This document shows, piece by piece, positions 25,632 through 38,381 of a DNA stretch of 64,000 nucleotides (positions are counted from its first letter, which is position 1; each line of letters begins with the position of its first letter). The stretch is taken from contig NMRA01000427.1 of NCBI GenBank assembly GCA_002633005.1, positions 325,924 to 389,923 of the forward strand, written 5' to 3'. This stretch comes from Phoronis australis (taxonomy: Eukaryota; Animalia; Phoronida). The notes under the pieces are model-generated. The model saw only the letters and a list, made by a program, of their open reading frames with translations, was not told where the DNA came from and did not search any database. The position numbers and the translations under genes were made by a program.

Positions 25632-28600
25632 GAGGCTTTGTTCTGTTTCTACCAGAAGTGTCGGGATTTAAATGTCTCGAAAATCCTTTAACTGCCGGAC
25701 ATACATGTAGAGTCATTCTTCAACAAGGATGGACGAACGCATAACCAAAACTACAGTTTATGTTAATCACGTTGCGCATCTGCAATTGTGTTTATTAGTG
25801 ATGTCAATGTTTTGTAATATAATGAGAATAAATCTGATTCGGGCTCTTGTTGTTTATCAAACTTATTGTTCGAAGTGAGCGAAAAGGTCAGTCCACCTCA
25901 GAGAAGTAAAAACTCCTAAAAAGTAGAAAACGAGACAAAAGCCGACTAAAATGTCAGGAATTATCAAAATTCGGCGAATACCCAATCTCTGAACGTAGGC
26001 CCTACCCCGTGAATCCTAGTAAAAGGTCCACATCAAAAATTCGAGCCCCCCACTTTTTAGGCTGGGTGCGAGCATGTTGTTTGTGAAAGAATTATACAGT
26101 GACAGAAAAAGACAAGAAACATTCTGCCAATCACTTTTATTGTTTCGGCATGTTAGCAACTATACGCTACGACATTTGCTTCATTCAGCGTTTTAGTTAC
26201 AGCGTTAGACGTGGAATTTAAAACTATTTGCAATGCATAGTTCAAATTTAGTTCAGCTTAAATGATCAAACGCGATACTGAGGTGGTTGTTAACCCGTGT
26301 TCTTCAAGTTTGTAAAAGGAAACACGGTTATCTTTACATTTGGCTATAAAACCTGTGCACTGCCACGCGGGCAGGCCCAGGCTAAAATACAGAGGGGAGG
26401 CTCGAATTTTTCGGAATGCTGACCTTCTGCTGAAATAAATCCACGAGGACTAAGAAAAAACTAACGGGGCCACTAAGTTCAGGCCGACGCAACGTGAATC
26501 CGCGCCGACTTCCCCTGAATTTTGTGGAGTTTGTCTCGCTTACTCGGACTTTTTGTTTCACTAAGGCGGATCTTTTTGCCCGATTTGCCCCTGGGTGCGC
26601 CCATGCCATGAGATTGTTTCTAAAAAGAGTAGCATATCGAAACATTTTCTAGAGGTGTGTACTTAATTTAACCGATCTCGAACTAGAGCTGATTTGATTC
26701 ATATAATGCAGCCAAATAACGAACGTAAATTTGCCATCGAACCACCATTTGTCCGAAGTTGCAACATAGTACTACATTGTGCGCCCCCTTTAGGGTTACG
26801 CAAGTATAAACCAACTAAACTTGGGAAATTCTGGAACTTCAGATATAACCCTAAAAGATACGAAGCAGTACCAATCTCGTCAGTATAATTATTATGAATT
26901 TGTAACTTGTTAATGGTTTTATAATTTGCGTTATTTCCGAAACGATAAAATTGAAAATGAAACTGGCGCCATGTTATCAAATCAATATCGCACTTACTTT
27001 TTCAATTTCTCTATAAAATATTTCCAGCCAAACCAGTTACATTCAATTATCATGGCTGACACATTACAAGATGCCGCGGCTCATACTGACCGGCTGAAAC
27101 AGTAGTGTCAGTGTTATCGGTATTTTTGAATTTACAGTAGACATAGTTACTACAGACGTGGAAAATGGCGTGGAAACACTAAGTACGTACTACAGAGCAA
27201 ACGGCGCAATCTTCCATTTCTACCCCCAAACGGTTGAAGACAGATAACTAAGGGAAAAACCAAGGTGCACACATAAATACCAAGTCAATCGTTTCACGTT
27301 CGCTCGCGATTCTTTTCATGTATTCAATTAAATCGCTATAAATTTCAATTAAAATCTAAACCCGTTCCATTTTCTTCGTCTTCTTCGTTCGTAAACTATT
27401 ACACTGTCGTTATTTGTATTCTGCGTTTCTTGAGTTCAAACTGAAGCGCCCTGGTTCTGTACGATCGTACTGACTGACCTCCATTATTAACTTTTTAGAA
27501 GGCCGAGATACAAATGTTGGTTAGTGTCTTTAGTGTTGCGCAATGTCAGCCACGAAATCCATTGTTAGTTGAATATTAACAGTTACAGTCTGACTCTTGA
27601 TTGAAACACATCTCCTGAGACTGTTTTGTTCGATCCCTCAGAACTGTCCTCGTCTTTTTCAGGGTTTGGGTTACGATTTCTTTTTCAACGTTAACGCAGT
27701 GAATAAAACCCTTTACTTTTCATCTAATTAGCTTATCAACCTCGCTTTTTGTACAATTTTTTTATTATTTTTATTCACTGTTTACCAAAGGTATATCGAT
27801 GTCACTTATAATCACTTCGGAAACTGAAGGTAAGGTGGTAATTCGGATGGTTTGTAATCCAGTTGTTTGTATATAGCCTAACAGTGGAAGACTTTCCATC
27901 GACCCCTGTAGTTGTTAACTCCATTAGAAGCTGTGATACACTAAACAAGAACAACGCACCGCGAAATCTGCAATAAACTACATTTTATTTTCAATGTTGA
28001 AACGCACGCATCAAAAAGACAATCGTCGCAGCGCCGGAATATTCACGCCAAGGCACGACAAAGACTATTTACTATCATCATTACGTAAATTAAGTCACGT
28101 GACTAACCTAATTATGCAAGAATTTACCTTCCGACTTTATGCTTGTGCGTCATGTTATGTCATTGGAAAAACGAGTGTTGAAAACACAGAGGGTGGAGGG
28201 TGCTTTTTATGAACATCATTTTTCCGCACACTTCTATACAGACAGAAAACCGCAGAAAAAAATGAGTACGTACTGTACTTAACCGGTTACGTTCAGTTTG
28301 CGCAAACCGTTGCGACTTTTTTAAATCATGCGCCGACGCAACAATGCTTTGGGGGTTAGTTGCATCCATATCAAAGACCAGGATTGATGTATAACAAACA
28401 AAAAAATGGTTCAAGTCGAGTTTTAGCCGTACCATTCATCAAACTCGAGTTCAACAAAATTCAGAAACACAAATTATAAACACCACCGACGTCGGCTGAC
28501 CTGATCGAGCTGCGACACATCGACGCAAAGTAGTAGCTCCCCCTATTGGGCTGACGAGTTACCAGATGCGTCCCAGGTGAGCGGTTTACCTACCTCAAGT

Positions 28601-30936
28601 AAACAAAACATTTCATTTGTCCTGTACATAATCTCGACTTGAATGTTCGGGCAGAAAGGTTCGCTTTTGTTATGAGGAACCCGTGAATGCAGTCGGGTAG
28701 TCGCACTAGTTCGGAGGACCACGACTGAAGAGGTTTTGAGGGCCTTACACAGCGCCTATGTCTGGCAGTGGATGTATGCGTAGCCGATGTTTGAGACATC
28801 AGCTTCTCGTAAAGTTCACTGTTTAACCAGGACTGTCTGAGGTAGGATAAAAACCCGTTTAACAATGAAAACAGGACGTTAACACGGGATAATAGACACT
28901 ACAAGCGGTGAACCAAACTGCCGGGGTTCTCAACACTGAGTGAGTTGAGATTGTAATTGCAATGTTACGTGCATCAATCGTGCTACATTAGAGAATATAT
29001 GATTCCTTTGAAGAAGTAGTGAACGTCACAGTATTTGTCGTTCATCCGAGTTTTGACTGTTTGTCTAGATTTTGTTTTCCCAATCCACTGAATAGGAATG
29101 GCATCCTTCGGAAATTGACACACTGATTTTCGTTCGATCGATCACTATAGTCCTTCTTTGTAGCTTTGGAACCTCAACTGCCTCATTCTGTCTTTCAGAG
29201 ACCGTTTCGATGTCGGTCATAAGCTGAGAGCAATATTCATATACGCTGTATTGGTCCTGGGTCATAAGTGTCCAAAAAGTTAGATTTAAGTGTATGGGTC
29301 ATGAGATGCTGCTCTGTGGACAGTCCATAACAATAACTTTTATCTTATCAGCAACCTAGCTGGCCAATAAAAACGACCAACCAACCGTGATCTGCTCTGG
29401 ATTTGAGGGAACAGTTGCACTTTTTATCGGGTGGAACTAAATTTCTTTTTATGACGACCCCGGTTGTACGCTTTGTGTGTAATAGGATCCAAGTCCGAGT
29501 CAGTAATACTTCACCCGTACGGTGCTCATGTTTCGTGTGAACTCCTTGAATTGTTTTGTGGTTCAGATCTGTCATGTCATAAGGAAAATATCAACAAAAA
29601 GCGATTCCCTGCTGCAGCGAGGGCCGGTATGAATAGGAGAAGAAGGATTTGTCAAAATACCTGACATCATACAGACTGTAGATGTGACATAACCTCGTGT
29701 TAGTGTCATCGTTGATGAATTGAGTGTGTGTTACTTCTAATAACACCCGCGCCGGTCTGACTTCATATTTTCATGTACTAACAAACGAATAAGTTCCGGT
29801 TGCCATTGGTTCAACTGGTATAATCGTAATCAATGAATATAGGACCTAGCTACTTTATATATATACACCTACTGTTATATAATTTGGACGGTATAGTTAT
29901 ATACCCACGCCATCGGCTCCGCACATCGGTGTTGATAATTCGCAATATTGACCACTCAGTAATCATCGGTCATATTGACTGCTGTTACGATAACGAAGTT
30001 TNAATGCATTTTAAAAGTTTTTGTGAAGTAATCATAGATATCCCATCGTGATTGGATCTCGGGATCTCACAGATTGCAAAGTCACTCCCGCTGCGCCACC
30101 AGCATGTCACCGAAATTGAGAGTTTTTTAACCCAACTTACGTCCGTCATCGGGATTCTTACGTCACGTTTGTGATATGTAAACCCGCATACCAAGGCAAT
30201 GCAGTTCACTCCACCGCATCCCCACCCCCAAGCAAGCCTTTCTATGCTTATGTGAGGTCATTTTGTTTCGCAACGTATTGAGTTATCCAGATGAAACATT
30301 AGATATATATAAGGACAGTCATGCATGTGATTGGCATAAATAAATTATTGGCTATATATTCAGGTGCTACTTAACCTGGTGAAAGGTTGTCCACGCAGAC
30401 TTCTGGGCTAAGTACTGTACATGTAGGGCCGTCGGCTATGATTTATTGACTACGTCTGTAGCTAAGATATCAATCAAAGATTAGGGCTCCATGCATGCAA
30501 TATGTTTGTGTTCTGATTTATGATTATACCGCGACCGGCATATAAATACCTACCATTTGGATTAGTTATAAATTAGCTGCAAGGATGCGATTCTGCAAAC
30601 TATAACGTGTGACGCTCTTTCGCATTCTCACAAATATTGTATTCTCTAAGATATTGCTCAATGCACTGACCAAGGGAAACATTGGTAAGAAAGGTAATAG
30701 AATTCAAGCAAAGAAAGCTACCACAATATCGTACACGACAAAGCGTCCTTTCGCGGATCTTGGGAGTATTTGTATGCCCCAGTTCTCCTCTGCAGCACAA
30801 AGTGGACGAAGACTGCATACTTTAAGCACTCTTTATCTTGTTCGGAGAATCGTTTGTAACTCTGTGTGTTTTTTCTACTTACGTTTTGAGTTGTTTATGT
30901 GTAATTGTATTTTTTCAGTCATCTTCCCAAACCGAG

Positions 30937-33900
30937 ATGTTTTGGAGAAGAAGACGCAAGTTCATCCTTGGTTGTCTACTCATTGGCTCTTTTCTCGTAC
31001 TTTCTCTTCTGCACATGCGTCAGATCGAATCAGACGAGAATAAACGCCAAAGCGTTAAAAATGGAAGATCAAACGGTGACAAAGACATCAAAACAAACAG
31101 GACTTCTGAATCAGATTTTCAACGACTGGTTCATCTCGACTTAAAAGGTGCTCCGCCAAAAATTAGTTACTTCGAAAAAGTTTTTCCGCTTTTCAAAAAG
31201 TGGGGAGCCACTGGGCTGCTGGTTGAGTACGAAGATATGTTCCCCTATGACGGCAAACTTGCTGCACTTCCACGCATGCACGCGTATACCAAGGAAGAAA
31301 TTCAGCAACTTCAAGCATTGGCAAAATTCAACCACTTGACGTTTATACCTCTTGTGCAAACATTTGGACATTTGGAATTTGTTCTGAAACACGACAACTT
31401 TGCGCATCTTCGCGAGATACCCACAAGCAATAAATGCATTGTGGCTGGACCTTGCAACGGACACGCGTACACAGTTCTCACAGAAATCATACGACAAATG
31501 ATGTCGGCGCATCCGGATGTGACGCACATGCACCTTGGAAGTGACGAAGTTTGGCAGCTTGGCCAAGGAAACGAATGCACAAACTACTTGGAAAGAGAAA
31601 GGATCACAAAGCCTCAGTTGTTCTTGCAGCATATGACCTTTCTTGCAGGTATGAATCACTGCAAGCTGATGTGCGTTCTGTAGTTGCCACAGCGATGTGA
31701 CGTCTTAAAGGCGAAGGCAACCTTTTTTTCAAGTCATTTTTAGCAAAAATAAGGTTCGTTGAATATCCCAGACATATTTTTCACTTATTTATAGCTTTTC
31801 GTAATTTAATTAATTACTCGTCGTCTACTCCGGAAGGGACGTTTTAGGAGGCAAGAATTTCGCGCCAATTTCATTTCATATAGTCTGACTGTGAGAGCAG
31901 TCGAGTCAGTCATTGTTCTACCTCGGTTGTGATAAGTTCGGTCGTCGTTTGCTTTTGCTTACGAGTCAGTCAACATGCCAATGACTGACTTGACAGCTCT
32001 CACAGTCAGACTATAATGAGAAGAAATTGGCACGAAACTCTTGCCTCCCAAAACGTCACTTCCGGAGTAGAGGACAAGAAATTAATCAAATGACGAAAAG
32101 TTGTAATTAAGTGAAAAATGTGTCTGGGATAACCAACGAACCTTATTTTTGCTAAAAGTGGCATGAAAAATGGTTGCCTTCGCCTTTAAGAAAAAGAAAC
32201 GTTGCAGAATTGGTCATACTTCATGGTCACGTTTCAAAATATAGCAGGAAAGGTTTCACATTAGACGATCGGGCCTATGACAGCCTCTGGCCGATGGTTT
32301 GGGCCACCTGTTAGCTGCTTTCAAATCTGTTCAGGATCTGTTTGAGCTCTGGTGAAGACATATTAGGGATTTCTATTTACTCCAGTTTTAAATTGCACTA
32401 TTCCACTGGAGATTTAATTGTAAGACATTAAAATGTAATCTAAACAAAAAGGAAGTCAAAGGATGACGCGTCGTCCCTTTTGCAGTATTTTTCCTGAAGT
32501 GGTGAAGATTTAACGTTAGCATTGGTTGAAAGCAGTAATGTATTAACGTTTTGTTCCGTTCTGTGGGGAATTACTATTGCAAAGAAGACTAACTTTTACT
32601 TTTCGACGTGCATTTTTTGTATTTCTATCCAACCTGACTGCACGAAGCGAAATTTAAATGAGACCCGTGAGAACGACATTCGTTGCCATGATAGAATTCC
32701 AATAATGTTTCATAACAACAAAAAGATATTTTTTTTCTATGTGATACGGTGTCTTTCCTCCATGGTCGTTCTTTTTTGAGCCAGGTGTTCCCAAACTATT
32801 TCGGGAACCAACGTTGAAACAAAATGCCTAATTATAGTAATGCTTATTCAATATTGTAAAAACAATTAGGTTCTGGGCACAAGACCACAAATTTTTACCA
32901 AGACTCGACTCAACATTGATCGGTCACGTGACATGAAATTTGAAAATCTGCTAAAAACGTGCCACGTAATTGGTTTATTCTGGTCAATTCCGACTAAAGG
33001 TTTGTGGTCTCGCGCGCACGTGAAGCTAGAAGATACGTCTTCTCTTCGTAACATGCATTCTTTTTAATGATTATCTAGCGTATGTGAAAAAGAACTACCC
33101 GTCGGTGACGCCAATAGTCTGGGACGACATGTTTCGCCACACAGACTTACAGCTTTTGATGGTAAGTTTCAATAATCATCGTTTGATTAATTTTTTCGGA
33201 GTACCTAAACCATGAAGTCAGGGGTCCTAGTAATTTGACCTGCCTCCGGTCGCCACAGTTTCACTTCCACTTACAACAAATTTCTTGGGCCCTCTCAGTA
33301 ACTATGAGGGGTGCACCTGCTTTTTATGGTGTCTTAGCTTAGTTCGTTTAACATAGCATATTTTGTCGAGCAATTGCGTTGATCATATTCAAAACTTAGA
33401 AGGATACAAAACCATGTCTTGTTGATTTCAACCACTTATCGTTCTGTCTCCTGTTAATGCTTAATTGGCGATAAGCTCGGAAGGATAAAAGCAGGAATCA
33501 ACTACAAGCACATTCTCCCTACATCATACATTGGATATCACGGTCCTTGGTGAGTGGTCTTTCCCACAGTTGCCGTGTAATTCGCTAAAAGCGCAGGTCA
33601 CGCTTGCCTGTTTAGCAGACTTTGAAAGGAGTTTTCAATTTTTCCTCCAAACTTTGAGGATTGTCGAGGGTTACAGAGCATTACTTTGTTTCAGAGAACT
33701 TGACTGGAATGTCGCTTTTAGTATCTGTCAAGCTAAAAGCGGCACAGAGATAGTGTTACTCAGTTGATTCGGAAGACCTCGGGAATTTTCGTAGTCTCAA
33801 ATTTCCCCTTGGGAATTGTTTTTTAGATGCGCACGTAGGAACTTTAATTATACGGCTGGTCATGTGACTTTCACAACAGAGAATGATATTGGTTATTTGA

Positions 33901-36204
33901 ATGAACTTTTAGCATGAGCAGTTCAAATCGAGGCGAAAATACTCGGAGCGTCCCAGATGACATTAGTAGTCTCTGGTGAGAGTACAGCGTTACAGTTGCG
34001 GCAGGGCTTTTTTGTAATAGCAATCGACTTGTGAATTTCGTTTTGATTGATTTATTTTCAGCATAACGTGGCAAAATATATTTCTATGTACAAGAAATTA
34101 AATACAAAATCCCCTTCGATGGTGTTAGATCAGCTGTTCCCTTGCGCATGCGCATTTGTCCTTTAGTAGCCATCTTAGTTAATAAACGTCGATTTGAATC
34201 ACTCCCCGAAAAGCCCCGTTTTACTCCACAACACGGTTACGTACAGCCGATGAACAGAAAAGATGACAACTAAAAGCTAAGCTGACGGGGATTGGGATTG
34301 CTCAAAAGGTGTCATCTGCAGTATTGGGTTCTTAACTTTTTACCAATCTACCATTAAATGATCAAGTGACCGTGACCGTTTCGTTTGATGGAAGTTGAGA
34401 TTTTTTCACGGAAACCAAACACGTGCTAGAACTCGCACCACTTCGCGAGATATCGCCTTGTGTTACAAAGGAGGCATGTGATCACGCTATTTTCCTTAGC
34501 AAAGTTCTTGCTTCTACGAAACTACCTAGACCTAGCTTTTGGCATAGCGCCACACTCCTTCGCATTCTCTGGGTAATCATATAGCTGTCACACCCTTTAA
34601 CGTTTGATCAGTGAACCAGCCAGGCACACTGCATACTTGTCATGTCAAGATGGAACGTGCTGCCACGTTCGAGTTTTCATTTTCTAGCCATTTGTGAAAC
34701 CGTATTTGTTGATTTTAGACCTCTGTCACGACAATAATCGGTACAAGACGTCTTTCGACCAAACATAGTTGATACACCACGGCAACTTTTGTCGTCGAGC
34801 GCACACGAAACGTTTTTGTCGGCGACGAAAAATCGTATCGTGTGCTCTTGCCTATACTTAGGGGGTAATGAGAGTAATGAGAGCGAGAAAGCGTCTTCTG
34901 CTTGATCTCCATTCAAGGTGGTGGATAGAAATTCACCGCTACATACAGTGTTTCATTAATTAAAAAGCAGAGGAACCAATCCCACTGTCAACCCCAACCG
35001 TGGTTTGATTGCTAACTTACCTAATTTATTTTAGCTTTTTGACATCGGATTGAATTGAAATTCTACCGCGTTATCAGTCACAGGAACTCCACGACGCAGC
35101 CGCAGATTCGTCATCGCATTGGGAAATGTACGGGACTCTATGAGGTTTGCATTTTCCATACGGCACGTATATCCCACCGCTCTCCAGACACTGTTCACAT
35201 CACTAGGTTCAAACCTTCCGCCCGCAACGGGGATATGTTGGTGGCGCTGAATGCCTGTCCACCAAAGACGCACCATAGGGGGCTGGGGGGGGGCTATAGC
35301 CCCACCACATTTTTCAGTGCTACGCCGACCATTGCCTGTGGGCGCTGCACCACAGGGGGGCTGAGGGGCTATAGCCTTCCCTCCCCCATCAATAGTGAAT
35401 AGTGAAATTCGAAAGTCAGCTGTTGAGTTGTAGTCAGGTGACGCGTCAAATCAGTTATAATATTTGTTTTCTTCCTAGGACTATGGAGTCGGCGACCTGG
35501 TAGAGCCTATGGTTTGGAGGTATAAACAGGACATCGAAGACAAATTTGACTTGGCATTTTGGGAGAAGTACTCTAAAATATTCAAGAATGCTTGGGTTGG
35601 TTCTGCTTTTAAAGGTGCTACCGGTGAAACTCAACCTATATCCAGTATTCGGTACTATTCAGAGAATGTCTTTCACTGGAGAAACATTGTGGAGCGCGCC
35701 AAACATCTCATTCACTTCAAGGGCCTCGTCCTGACTGGCTGGTCGCGATATAACCACGTGAAGGGTTTGTGTGAGTTACTTCCAGTGGCGCTGCCGTCGC
35801 TTGCCTACTGCCTTCACATGTCTATGGAAGGCGAAATTAATCACGGGGCCGCTAGTAAAATATCCAACAGTTTAGGCTGTGACAGTGGTATTGTCATAGA
35901 CCCAAATCACGACCCCATGGACAAAAAGATCGGTTATACATGCTCGTTCCCGGGCTTTGATATGTACAAGGTAATGTTCGACTACCGTCGACTCTTATTC
36001 TATATAAGGAGATCTAAAACTCGCAAATCTGGCAAACCGTTTATGCTAAAAATACCGCTCGAGGAATTCAAAAAGAGAACACAGGCTGTTGGACAAGACA
36101 TAGAAAGATTACTAAGTTCATACTTTGATGAACATACGGTGCATGAGTGGATAAAGCAAAATATTAGCCCGCTTTTGTTACTGAAACATTCCGGTAAAAC
36201 ATGA
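30937..36204 (+). CDS. HEXD: Hexosaminidase D-like GH20 beta-N-acetylhexosaminidase, paralog 1 (506 aa); exons 30937-31648, 33079-33161, 35479-36204
   Basis: Motifs HLDLKGAPP, GATGLLVEYEDMFPY, IPLVQTFGHLEFVLK, catalytic HLGSDEV, WDDMFR, EPMVW, SAFKGA, LTGWSRYNH, LCELLP. GT-AG introns join in frame (1521 nt). N-terminus MFWRRRRKFILGCLLIGSFLVLSLL is a signal anchor. Confidence 0.92.
31709..32185. mobile_element. Palindromic Kolobok-type MITE (477 bp) in intron 1 of HEXD paralog 1
   Basis: TTAA on both sides, AGG...CCT termini, and ~205-bp imperfect inverted arms (AGGCGAAGGCAACC...AGTCAGTCATTG / CAATGACTGACT...GGTTGCCTTCGCCT). Confidence 0.85.
33390..33727. repeat. Interspersed repeat; homologous inverted copy at about 44100-44425
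   Basis: CTTTCCCACAGTTGCCGTGTAATTCGC, TTTCCTCCAAACTTT, GGGTTACAGAG and TTTTAGTATCTGT occur as reverse complements, in colinear order, in intron 2 of paralog 2. Confidence 0.75.
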
Positions 36205-38339
36205 TGTCACGAGTTTTACAACGAGTTGACCATAAATATTAGATAAACAGACCGACAAAGTCTGTAATTACTTTGTAATTATAGTTTAACCTGGTATTTT
36301 ATGTCTTCGGTAACAGATTACATGTACAACACTGGAGAGTACGCATGCTCATGCGAACTTTAGTTTTAATTCCTAAGTGCACGATCGTCGTTGTCGACAT
36401 TTACCATTTAATAGATTTTGCACTGAATCATAGCGGTTAATTAACTCTAAGGTATAACTATGAAATTCTAAAGTACACCGGAAAATTTGTCACATGAGTA
36501 TATTACTGCGTCAAGAGTGGACGGTGTTTGTCGGTAGCGGATCTGTCGAAATGTAGTCATCAGAAAACTGTCAATCGCATTTGCATTCTTCATCTTTGCT
36601 TTCATTCTCGTTGTCGAGGTCGTCCAATGGAGTTTAAGACCAATCCTCAAGTTACGTACTGTATACCTATTCACGAGCACTATACTCACTGTCTGATTCC
36701 AGGGCCGCGTGGGGGCGGTCGGGTGGCACGTGCACCCCCTATAATTTACGCGCATCAGGGTGAAAACATTGTCGTTAAAAATTTGAACCATTAATCTGTG
36801 TGGTACTTTGTCATTTCTCTTCTTAGCATTGTTGCATTAAATGACATTTTAGGTGGTGTTTGTTTCCGTCATCGAAATTCCTTTTTTCTCAAGCTATGTG
36901 TATTTTTAAATATTAAATTGCCCCCTCTTTTGGCCCTTTGATCAATGGAAATGACGAGACAAGCGAAAACAGTGGTGGTTGTTGGCGCTTTTTGTAAATG
37001 TTAAGGTTAATAATCAAATGCCATGCATCAATAACAAAGTAATGTGGCTTAAAGTGCTGAAGAATCTACAACCTCTCCCAAGAATTCCTGTGACGTATAC
37101 ACACGGGAAGGTTCTCGTATGTTTCAACTGTGTTCAGCTGTTTTTGCAGTGAGTCCGAACTATGAGAGCTGGGAATGTCCGAGAGAACTGAGGTATCGGA
37201 CTGCCTATCACGCTGTTTGAGCATATTTTGCTTTTAAATACGCGTCTCCATGTGGAAAATACTTGGATATCCTTCTCTACATGACTGTGCGACACCATGT
37301 ATGTTGCGAGAAAATTACGTCGGGCGCGGTATGTGCCTCTCAGATCTAGTTCTCGAGAGACATACCGAGCTGTGGTAGACTTTCCTGTGATTGTTCATTT
37401 GCTTTTTTTCTTGTTTTATTTCACGAATGCATTTGAATACATTCAGTTTACAATACAAGAATACAAATGGGTCTGACAACTGGGGCGCCCCCTACTGCCA
37501 TTCATTAACATCCCAAGAAGCAAACGAGTGTTGACGTGGACGCACGTCAGCTCTCAGCATTGTTCTTGTACAGTATTTTGATGTTGTCGTAATAATATGA
37601 ATTATACTTTTTTGAGTCATAATTGTCCAAATAAAGCATCACATTAAAAAATTCACACTATCGTCTAGAACTAGACTTAAAAAATGGTAGAACTTCTGAA
37701 GTGGAACTTGTATGCACGAAGTTTAAAGTGCTTGTGTAAAAATGAATGTGTAATGAAAATTTAAGGCCATTCATCGCATCTTCATTTTCATGTTTGCGGT
37801 TGTCTGTAGTTAGGATTTCTAGATTACAGATATAATAATTCAACTTTTAATTAGCGGAGTTTTCTCTCAAAAGTTCGCACGTCAGTAGATATATATTTGT
37901 TACATTTTAAGTCATGGCGCTCAAGTATGTTACACTGAGTGAATGTAACTCAGGTTGCTCAATGCTGGGGTTACTTGCTTCCAGGAGAAAAACAAGCCAA
38001 ATAACAAGATCAGTAAATGAGGCTCAGCTCCGACATAAGGAAACGATGAACTTGTTTTCTCATGTTTACTGCAAAGCTAATTGATACGTATTTTGGAAAA
38101 CCACTGAACGCATCGTCTTCAGTAATAATTAGATTTTGCCTTCATGTTGGCTTTAAAATATTTTGATAAGCTTTGTGACATTTTGTATTGTGTTCATGCA
38201 CAAAAAAAATGTTTTAACATTTAAAAATTGTACTACCACGTTTCTATCTTTCTAAAACCGCTCTGAGGTGGTGGCGTGTTACAACTATTATTAAAATGTC
38301 TTGATCTATTTACACCGACCCCTTGTCTATTTACACTGT

Positions 38340-38381
38340 CACGACGTTTCGGTCGGTCTATTCTCCGGCCATCGTCAGGTG
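38340..38381 (-). ncRNA. Minimal type I hammerhead ribozyme (Penelope-type)
   Basis: Minus strand CAC-CTGACGA-T-GGCCGG(AGAATAGA)CCGACC-GAAACGTC-GTG: CUGANGA/GAAA core, stem II with one mismatch, palindromic ACGT stem III, GUC site, 3-bp stem I. Confidence 0.7.

Noticed and set aside
26998-27053. ATG-to-GTAAG mini-exon on the minus strand as Vps34 exon 1
   Set aside because: Phase would fit, but the peptide MIIECNWFGWKYFIEKLK has no resemblance to the conserved Vps34 N-terminus.
29065-29340. Possible hAT transposase C-terminal relic (QDQYSVYEY...VEVPKLQRR)
   Set aside because: Resemblance too weak to support without a profile search.
30838-30936. Longer N-terminus for HEXD paralog 1 given by the ORF track
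   Set aside because: Starts at a non-ATG codon and crosses a TTTTTTCAG acceptor at 30918; ATG 30937 matches the start position of paralog 2.
31141-31659. 172-aa minus-strand ORF
   Set aside because: Antisense shadow of HEXD paralog 1 exon 1 with no recognisable motifs.
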